Shown in pieces: positions 7,600-15,100 of a DNA stretch of 15,636 nt. Position numbers and translations under genes: made by a program. This DNA comes from Nitrososphaerota archaeon (GTDB lineage: Archaea > Thermoproteota > Nitrososphaeria_A > Caldarchaeales > Calditenuaceae). The stretch is taken from the NCBI GenBank assembly GCA_038845265.1, contig JAWBQR010000017.1, positions 1-15,636 of the forward strand, given 5' to 3'. Position 1 is the first letter of the stretch; each line of letters begins with the position of its first letter. The notes beneath the pieces were generated by a model. That model worked only from the letters and a program-made list of their open reading frames with translations, ran no database searches and was not told where the DNA came from.

Positions 7600-8481
7600 C
7601 TACCTCGCATATACATATCTAGATATGAAAAACTTCACGTATAACGCGCAAGCAATCTCAATTACAAAGAATATGAATAGACCTATCGTAGACGCATATC
7701 CTATATTCCATAGCCTGAAAGCCTCTCTGTAATTAAAGAAATGCAGGGTTTCGGAGGCATCACCCGGTCCTCCATACGTGATAATTATTATTGGGTCTAT
7801 GATCTTAAATGCATCTATCCCTCGTAACAACATTACGACCGCGAATAGGGGAAGTATTGATGGAAATATAACTTTTCTAAAATAGAAAAATCCTCTAGCA
7901 CCATCTACACTTGATGATTCTACTAGGTCTCTCGGTATTGCGTTCATTCCAGCCCAAAACAGTAGCGTTACAAATGGAAGCCATTGCCAAGTATCTACTA
8001 AAATATAGCCTAAAATGACTAAATTTGGATTAGACCATACAGATCCTTGTTGAAGTAAACCAATACTGCGAAGAATATATGTTAATACACCATACTCGCT
8101 ATGTAGTATAAAGTACCAGGTTAGCGCTATGACAGAGCTTGACATAACTATCGGGAGTATGAAGATAGTTGTAAGAACTCTAACTTTAGTAGAAGTGCCC
8201 AATAAGTATAACCCCCATGCAACGAATAAACCGATAACAATTTGAAGAGCTAATGCAGGTATCATTATTGTGGCGGTCTTTCCAATTGCAGCATATAACT
8301 TCGGATCATTAAACATGTTTCTAAAATTGTTATCCCAAACAAAACTTACCGCGCCTGGAGAAGTGTAGGATAAATTTGTAAAGCTAAGATAAATGGAGTA
8401 AATCCACGGAACTACAATAACACCAATTAAGTACAAAAAAGATGGGAGAATTAAAGCCCATCCATACGATTCTTTCCTCAA
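7600..8481 (-). CDS. Carbohydrate ABC transporter permease (MalF/GlpP-type)
   Basis: YSIYLSFT, LVDTWQWLPFVTLL, EAA-like IPRDLVESSSVDGA, DAFKIID, GGPGDASETL, IGYAS. The TTG start directly follows the upstream TAG, and its own stop abuts the next ATG (translational coupling). Confidence 0.94.
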   Translation of the reverse strand: MRKESYGWALILPSFLYLIGVIVVPWIYSIYLSFTNLSYTSPGAVSFVWDNNFRNMFNDPKLYAAIGKTATIMIPALALQIVIGLFVAWGLYLLGTSTKVRVLTTIFILPIVMSSSVIALTWYFILHSEYGVLTYILRSIGLLQQGSVWSNPNLVILGYILVDTWQWLPFVTLLFWAGMNAIPRDLVESSSVDGARGFFYFRKVIFPSILPLFAVVMLLRGIDAFKIIDPIIIITYGGPGDASETLHFFNYREAFRLWNIGYASTIGLFIFFVIEIACALYVKFFISRYVYAR

Positions 8482-9165
8482 CTACTTAGCACCCTTAATA
8501 AAGTCTAGAACTGCTATAATTTCTTCTCTGACTGTTTTTTTAGACGCCATTTTTCTCTCTAGTATTGCACCGCCTATTGTGAATGCCCAGATGTTTCTCT
8601 TTACTAGTTCTTGTATTTTTTGGAAATTGTCAATAGATCCTGCTACTATTATTGGGAGCCTTAGTTCCTTGACTACTTTTTCAAGAAGAGCCTTTTGGTC
8701 GCCAGTATATCTATAGAGTAGGAGATTTATCCCCTCTATTCCCAGTTCTTCAAATTCCTTTCCATTTTTTATAATAGCGTCTATTTCTCCTTTCAATATA
8801 CATGGATGCCCCTCAATCTCTCCTATGTATGGAAAGTATTTGATGTCTACCTTATTGTCCTTCAGATAAGCAAGAGTTTTTTTAGCGAACCAAGGCATGC
8901 CTCCTATTAAATAATCAGCGCCCACAGCGATTGCGGTCTTGACCCCAGAGAAATGTTCCTCCTCACTATAAGTTACAACCTCGAGAAAAGTAGTCATGCC
9001 ACTATTTTTCATTTTTTTAAACAGTATTTTCATTTTTTCTAATGGTAATCCGACGTCTTTACAGCCAATAAATTTTAGTCCAGTATCTTTGACTTCTTCA
9101 AAAACTTCTATTGCGTCTGGAATAGTCACATCGTGATGGGTCAACATGAATATGAATTCAGTCAT
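8482..9165 (-). CDS. Uncharacterised (beta/alpha)8-barrel protein, ribulose-phosphate-binding-barrel-like
   Basis: Alternating strand/helix pattern: FIFMLTHHD, IGCKDVG, TFLEVV, AVGADYLIGG, GINLLLYRY, PIIVAGSI, AFTIGGAI. The last two resemble the VAGGI...VGxAI phosphate-binding end of HPS/KGPDC/OMPDC barrels. SD GGTGAGG at 9173-9179. Confidence 0.7.
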   Translation of the reverse strand: MTEFIFMLTHHDVTIPDAIEVFEEVKDTGLKFIGCKDVGLPLEKMKILFKKMKNSGMTTFLEVVTYSEEEHFSGVKTAIAVGADYLIGGMPWFAKKTLAYLKDNKVDIKYFPYIGEIEGHPCILKGEIDAIIKNGKEFEELGIEGINLLLYRYTGDQKALLEKVVKELRLPIIVAGSIDNFQKIQELVKRNIWAFTIGGAILERKMASKKTVREEIIAVLDFIKGAK

Positions 9166-9172
9166 TTATTTT

Positions 9173-9223
9173 CCTCACCGAGTACGGGTACATGATTTAG
9201 TTTTCTTCTATAAATACCTTGAG
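9173..9223 (-). promoter_or_regulatory. Archaeal promoter (BRE/TATA) and SD of the six-gene minus-strand operon
   Basis: The minus strand reads CAAGGTATTTATAGA (TATA at about 9207-9216), then GGTGAGG (9173-9179) 7 nt before ATG 9165. Confidence 0.6.
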
Positions 9224-9358
9224 TTTTAATATTTTTAAAAATAAAAGCATTCATCATGTGTATCATAAGCAAGAATCACATTACTATGCTGTTGAACTGC
9301 TGAATCTACAAGAAGCAAAATTGAGTCAAATCAGTAATTTTTAAATGCTTTTTCTTTT

Positions 9359-9910
9359 TTAGTTTTTAATATTTGTGAGGTGGTTGTTGATTATCATTTT
9401 TATTTTAGTGTCTTTTATCTCGTTGAGTGTTGGGGTGATTAGTTCGGCTGCGTCTCTTTTTCTGAGGGTTCCTTCGTAGGTGTATCGGGCTGCTTGGAGT
9501 ATCATCTCTGCTTTGTCTATTTGTTTTACGAGTTGGGCTTCAGGTGTGGTTTGTTGGTAGTATTCTTCGATGAGTCTTGTTAGCCATTTTTTCTCCTTTT
9601 CTGGTAGTTCTCCTATTATTTGTTTGAGTGTTGTTTCTTCGGTTCTTTCTGTTTCTTCTCTGCCTTTCATGCTCTTCATCTCTGGTGTCAGGTCTCCTGT
9701 TATTGCTTCTGCCAGGTCGTGTAGTAATGCGGTTGCGACCGCGTTGAGTGTGTCTAGTCCTTTTTCATGTGCTATGAGTAGTGTTAGTACTGCTACTCCG
9801 TATGAGTGACTTGCTACTGATTCTGGGTCTTTTACTCCTCTCTCGAGCCATCCAGTCCTCTTTGTCTCCTTTAGTCTATGGATCGCCTCAATTATTCTTT
9901 CTAGCTTCAA
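9359..9910 (-). CDS. HD-domain phosphohydrolase (YfbR/HDDC2-like 5'-deoxynucleotidase family)
   Basis: LKETKRTGW, ESVASHS, ALLHDLAEAITGD, TPEAQLVKQIDKAEMILQA. The TTG start overlaps the end of nop10 by 23 nt. Confidence 0.9.
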   Translation of the reverse strand: MKLERIIEAIHRLKETKRTGWLERGVKDPESVASHSYGVAVLTLLIAHEKGLDTLNAVATALLHDLAEAITGDLTPEMKSMKGREETERTEETTLKQIIGELPEKEKKWLTRLIEEYYQQTTPEAQLVKQIDKAEMILQAARYTYEGTLRKRDAAELITPTLNEIKDTKIKMIINNHLTNIKN

Positions 9911-10070
9911 GTTCTCTCCTCGTCTTTCTCTCCCTTATTATTAGCTCGAGCATTCTCTCGCTTTCTGGGAATCTTGGCGGATGGGCCGAGGTGACCAGAC
10001 CTCCGCATACCGGGCATGTATTAGTCATGAGGGTATATCTACCGCAGTCTTTGCACTTCATTATCCTCAT
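9888..10070 (-). CDS. nop10: H/ACA RNP protein Nop10
   Basis: Zinc ribbon KCKDCGRYTL...CPVCGG followed by AHPPRF. ATGA overlap with aIF2alpha, the usual archaeal gene pair. Confidence 0.93.
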   Translation of the reverse strand: MRIMKCKDCGRYTLMTNTCPVCGGLVTSAHPPRFPESERMLELIIRERKTRRELEARKNN

Positions 10071-10858
10071 TTCTTCTCGCCCTCTGATAGGGCCTCGACG
10101 GTTCCTCCATGCGTGGTGATTATTTTCGTGATTGTCTGGACTGCTTCTTGGAGTAGTTGTTCCGCCCTCTCAGCGGTCTCTGCCTCCGCCCTGATTAGGT
10201 ATCTCGGCGCGCCTATTGTCGTGATGATTACTCTCTCACCCCTCATTCCGAGCTTCATGGCCTCTTCTGCCGCAGTCCTTATCATGTCGACGCCTCCTCT
10301 TAACGACCTAATCTTGACGAACTTCTTTACCGTTGAGACGATTCTCTTGATTTCCCTCCTACACATATCTGCTAGGATTGTCTTTGCCTCGTCTGGGAGT
10401 TTTACCCAGTCTGGTACATCGTCTCCTGATGAGATTTCCTCGAAGAGTCTGTATAGCTCGATGTGTCTGTCGGCTGCCGGCTTTACGAGCCCCTCCTCTA
10501 TCATCGCAATGTCTATGCCTGTCTTCTCTGAGAGGAGCATGAGCATTCGTCTAACCTTTAGGTACTGGTTCCATGCCATCATCTTCTCGGTCCTCTCCCG
10601 CTGTGAGACTCTCCTGAGAGAGGCGTCTACCTCGAGCGTTGTGGGTGAGGACCTGATGACCTTGAATACTGCTCTTTGTCCTTCTCTTAGGTAGTCTCTA
10701 ATGTTTCTGACCCATTTCAGCGAGATCTCTGAGATTGGTACAAAGGCTTCGAGTCCGTCGTACTCCTCGAGCTTGACTCTCACTCCATGCCTCTCGACCT
10801 TTGTCACTGTGCCTATTACTAGTTCGCCGACCTCTGGGAACTTCTCTATGCCTGACAT
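10067..10858 (-). CDS. eif2a: Translation initiation factor 2 subunit alpha (aIF2-alpha)
   Basis: FPEVGELVIGTV, S1 domain with SEISLKWVRNIRDYLREGQ..VFKVIR...VDASLRRV, and C-terminal IGAPRYLI. Confidence 0.96.
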   Translation of the reverse strand: MSGIEKFPEVGELVIGTVTKVERHGVRVKLEEYDGLEAFVPISEISLKWVRNIRDYLREGQRAVFKVIRSSPTTLEVDASLRRVSQRERTEKMMAWNQYLKVRRMLMLLSEKTGIDIAMIEEGLVKPAADRHIELYRLFEEISSGDDVPDWVKLPDEAKTILADMCRREIKRIVSTVKKFVKIRSLRGGVDMIRTAAEEAMKLGMRGERVIITTIGAPRYLIRAEAETAERAEQLLQEAVQTITKIITTHGGTVEALSEGEKK

Positions 10859-10909
10859 TGCTACCGATGATTGATTGTCAGTCCTACTTATTAGTCATTG
10901 TAGGGGTAT

Positions 10910-12013
10910 TTACCACTCGTATCCATATGCCGTCATGCTTCTTCTTCTGAATCTCCCGACGATGATGGAGGCGAATGTGAGTATGATTATTACTGCTGAG
11001 GCCCCTATGACGATTGTTCTCGCCTGCGACTCCGGGAAGAGGGGTGGCTCCTGCTCGGTTATCGTGGGCTTCTGAGGAGCCCTCGTCAGCTCGACCTCCA
11101 GCGTGTAGCCCAACTCAGGAGAATTGGCCCTGAGAAGCGAGACCTTGACGTATATCTCTTGGTCTCCCTGCCTAGTAAAGTTGACCTGGGCGGTGGCGGG
11201 CACAAATCCCTCCCTCGAGGTGGAGGCATCGAGGGTGAATCCGTCAGCAGTCATTAGGCTTAGAGATAGTACTGCTGAGCCATGGTTGGGCGTTAGCTTT
11301 ACTCTCAGGCTGCTTCCCGCCTCTGGCTTGACTCTTACTGCGTAGACATCGTCTATGTCTTTTCCTCCGTAGAGCTTTACTATCTGTCCCTTCTCAGCGT
11401 AGCTAGGCGAGAGTCGTCCCTCTAGGCTTAGGCCTTCTCCAGGAGCCAGTGTAGCGATAGGGCCGGCCGCTGCTGCCTCTGCGACTGTTGGCGGCGCGTC
11501 AACGAGGCTCGTCATGTAGGTGCTCTGCTTTCCATCGCTCTTAACGGTGACTATTGGTGCGTCCCTCTCAGGTCTCAGGATTATCTTCACGGTGTAGTTT
11601 AGGACTGAGGGGGCGTATCTGTCCGCGATGCTTGTCAGGGTTATCCTGAACGTCTCATTACTAGTTGTGTACCAGCTGAATAGGTACGTCTTCGAGCTCC
11701 CCGGAGTTACTATGTCGTCCTGGGACAGGAAGTACCCACCGGTAGATAATCCTATTCCGAGAATTATCCTCGCGCTCAGATACTCTACATGACTCATCGT
11801 TATCGTCGTTTCTACTCTTACGCCTCCCGGAACCTCGAACTCGTATATCTTCGTCTCGCCGCTGTTCTCAGGTCCCGCCAGGCTTCCCCTAACTACTTTC
11901 TCCTGCTCTATTTGTAGCTCGATCCTCTCGACGCCCGCCTGCTCCGCCCTAACCACCGTTATTGATGCGGCGAATAACAGTACTATTAACGCTATTAGTG
12001 GCGCTTTTCGCAT
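10910..12013 (-). CDS. Secreted, C-terminally membrane-anchored surface protein with PPC-like beta-sandwich domain(s)
   Basis: Signal peptide MRKAPLIALIVLLFAASITVVRA from ATG 12013 (preferred over 12052). PPC-like pattern DIDDVYAV...LRVKL...LSLSL...IYVKV...YTLEV, a Pro-rich linker, TM IVIGASAVIIILTFASIIVG and the stop-transfer RFRRR. Confidence 0.75.
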   Translation of the reverse strand: MRKAPLIALIVLLFAASITVVRAEQAGVERIELQIEQEKVVRGSLAGPENSGETKIYEFEVPGGVRVETTITMSHVEYLSARIILGIGLSTGGYFLSQDDIVTPGSSKTYLFSWYTTSNETFRITLTSIADRYAPSVLNYTVKIILRPERDAPIVTVKSDGKQSTYMTSLVDAPPTVAEAAAAGPIATLAPGEGLSLEGRLSPSYAEKGQIVKLYGGKDIDDVYAVRVKPEAGSSLRVKLTPNHGSAVLSLSLMTADGFTLDASTSREGFVPATAQVNFTRQGDQEIYVKVSLLRANSPELGYTLEVELTRAPQKPTITEQEPPLFPESQARTIVIGASAVIIILTFASIIVGRFRRRSMTAYGYEW

Positions 12014-12096
12014 GGTTATAGCTAGGTATGGATAGTCAAAAATCTTTCCCATGATGGGATAATTACTAGTATTTTCGGTAGGACTTGGAGAATCTG

Positions 12097-12116
12097 AAAA
12101 AATAAGGGAAATAAAA
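12097..12116 (-). terminator. Putative oligo-T terminator of the large surface protein gene
   Basis: The minus strand reads TTTTATTTCCCTTATTTTTT about 20-40 nt after the TAA at 12136. Confidence 0.55.
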
Positions 12117-12135
12117 TTGGGTGTGGATTATGGGT

Positions 12136-15100
12136 TTACTTTGCTGCCTTCGGCGGTGCTGGCGGGTAGACGCCTAGTCGGCGTCCTCTCCACCATCTGT
12201 ACTCGCTGATGATTATCGCGATTACGAGGACTAGCAGTATTAGTCCGATTATCAGTGCTAGTAGTGTTGAGAAGGTTATGGGTACTCCGAATATCTCTGT
12301 GTATGGCGGTAGCTGTATCTCGACTACCTTGCCCTTGAGTAGGTCGTCTCTAGTCGCGGTCTTTGTGTCTGGGTATCCCTTGTATGTAGCCCTGACCGTG
12401 TAGTCTGCTAGTACTAGTCTGTCGAACTCTGCGAATCCTCCCTCGTCAGTCGATGCCGATGCCACCACGATGTCTGGAGCCTTTACTATCTCGACCGTCG
12501 CTCCTGCGAGTCCCTGTCCAGCTGCGCCTATGACTCTTACCCTAAGTGCGAATAGCTGTCCGATGACTGTTATCGATGTCCTAGCCGTCGAGAGTGTCTG
12601 TGACCTGTCTGCCTCAGGCGTCACTTCTACTCCATCCCTAGTTACTGAGAGTGTGTACGTTATTCCTGCGCCGTCCTTCTCTAGTGGTACTTTCTCGAAG
12701 ATTGCCTTTCCGTCTCCGCCGGTCGTCTTGGCCGGTGCCGCTCCTAGCTTGACTGCTGCTCCGCCTATCGGTGCTCCCTTAGCGTCGACGACTGTTACTG
12801 AGACGTCATCCACTGGTAGCTGCAGTGTCCTGCCTCCTAGTAGCCTCGTCTTCAGTCCTTCAGCTGAGTCTGTTATTGCGGCGTTGGCTGAAGTTCCGTA
12901 CACGGCGCTCTTGTACTCGACTGTTATTGTTACTGGTGCAACCTTGAGTAGTGCTGAGATGACGACGACGTTTCCTGCTACTCTTATGTCTCCTGAGTAG
13001 AACTCCTTCGGGTCAACCTTTACGTCTCCTGGAGCGACGCTGAGTGGTCTTCCCCTGAGGTCTGTTACTTCGAATGTTAGGTCTGTGAATGGCAGTGCTG
13101 CCTCTGCCTGTACCGTTCCTACGTTGACTATGCTTATGTCGAATGTCTTCTTGAATATGACTGCGCCTGTGGGCTTGAATATTACCTCAACTTCGTATAC
13201 TCCTCTTGGCAGCCTGTTGATCGTCACGGTGTCGATTGCTGGTCCGCCGACGAACTTTAGTGCTAGTTCTGTTGTTCCTCCGAGCTTCCTGTAGACCTTC
13301 ACGTCTAGCCTGCTCTTGATGTCTGCTGGCAGTGTCTTGCCCTCGTAGTTGAGCAGTAGCTTGAAGTCGAAGACCGATGTTATCGCGTCTCTGTGCTTAC
13401 CGTCATACTTGAAGATCCATTCGCTTGGCTTCCTTACCGATGTGTAGCTGTCGATTGGGACTACGAGTGTCTTTGCGGCCTCGTCTGTCTCATCTATGTC
13501 GCTGTCGTAGACCTTTACGTGGTACTTGACTACTGATACGCCAGCCTCGGTCGTTGTGAATTTCTTCTGGGGGTCGATGAATGGCCAGATTGCCAAGAGG
13601 TCTCCGTTGGCGTCGTCAGGAGTCTTGTCGGTTGCGGCCCAGTATACCCTGACTATGTACTGTAGTGCCGTTCCCTCAGCATACGTTGTCCTCGGGTCAT
13701 CTCCTCTGTATCCTGATGCGTCTACCTTGTCGTCGTTGTTTGCGTCGTAGTTCCATGCTCCGACTGCTACCGGCATGAATTCTGTGTATCCGTCGCCTCC
13801 GACTGTCCTGGCTGGTAGTAGCTTGACTCTGTGGTAGTCGTATAGCTGCTGTAGGTCGATTGGCTGCCTAGTCCATGTTGAGCCGAATGTGTAGCTCCAG
13901 CCCGCGGTTCTGCCGCTTGCTCTCTCGACTATCTCGACGAATGCTCCGCGGAGTGGCCTGCCGTTGAAGTCTAGTGCCCTGACCGTTACTATTGTGTAGT
14001 CGACGTTGATTATGTATGGCTTGCTCCTAGTCCTGCCCTCCTCTGGGAAGTATGCGACACAGAGGCCGTAGCAGTAGCTACCTTCATCGAACCATGTTGC
14101 TATCTCGCTGATCGCGTAGTGTGTCGGTACTTCGTCTGGGAAGTATGCGCCTACGCTTACTCTCTGGTCAGGCGAGTAGCCTGCATATTCTACGTAGCTG
14201 ACTCCTCTGGCGTCTAGTAGGCTCTTCCATTTGGCGTCGTTGACGTTTAGTAGCCATGATGGTGGCTCTACTCTGTATCTGACGGTCATTCCTGCCCATA
14301 GGACTTTGGTTGGGTCTGCTGGGTTGCTTGCTACTGTTACTAGTCCGTCTGCGCCTGAGACTGCTGAGCCTGAGGCTGCTGTTATTCCTGCTGCCTTGTT
14401 GCGTATCTCGTATTTGACGGTGAAGCCCTCGAGTGGGTAGGCAGTCGGTATGCCCTGCTCATCTCTCCACCCAAGGACTAGGAACTGTAGCTGGTGGGCT
14501 GCGTTGAGCATTATTGGTACGTCTATCTTGCTTCTAGTTACTGTCTTGAGTGCTCCGTCTCCGAATGTCTCGTTGTTCAGTACGAATTGTGTTGCTACTA
14601 GGTCGTCCATCCAGTCGATTGCGGTGTGGTTTGCGCTGAAGACGTATTTCCATGTGGTGTTCATGAATCTTGGTCCAGGTATCTTGCTTAGGCTTACGAG
14701 TCCGTCAGCGTCTGCGCTGCTGATTAGGGTGACTCTATACTTGCATTCGAAGGCGCTTTCATCGCATGCCTCGTAGTCCTGCGGCGGGTATGGCGTATCA
14801 TACCATAGCCCGTCCTCCCACCATGTTGTTACGTTGGGGTAGTATATCCATAGGTTGAGGTTCTTGACTGCGTCTGCTGGGCTTGTTGAGTTGCTGAGTG
14901 TGAACATGAAGGTTACGTCGTAGACCTCTGAGGCTCCGAACTCTACGTATTTCTTGTCAAGTACTAGGTTGTCGCTGTAGACTACTGCGCTCTTCCATAC
15001 GACGTTGAAGAGGTAGTGGAACTCCTCCTCTAGGTCCTCCTCGCCTGTCGCTCCCTCTACGCTGAATGTCTCGTTTAGCCATCCGCTGGTCGGGACTAGT

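Larger units (their letters stand above)
1..9350. other. Low-GC metabolic island (left end outside the window)
   Basis: Abundant A/T-ending codons (TTA, ATT, GAT, AAT) to the left of about 9350, versus C/A/G-ending codons and higher GC to the right. No integrase, tRNA or att site is visible. Confidence 0.7.

Noticed and set aside
8482-9165. GGGP synthase/PcrB assignment, tempting because of the egsA-like gene in the operon
   Set aside because: It lacks the LIDP/DPDK, GGS and YLEAGSG motifs; only a generic barrel resemblance remains.
9981-10694. 237-aa + strand ORF
   Set aside because: Antisense shadow of aIF2alpha/nop10. It is Ser-rich with no motifs, and the host codon bias reduces stops on the opposite strand.
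9570-11345. Small + strand ORFs 9570-9809, 9781-10119, 10875-11075 and 11124-11345
   Set aside because: Antisense to HD, nop10, aIF2alpha or the surface protein. Their hydrophobic look comes from the T-rich strand skew.
12209-14776. Series of + strand ORFs (64-176 aa) opposite the surface protein gene
   Set aside because: Antisense shadows with Ser/Thr/Pro/Val-rich translations and no family features or SDs.
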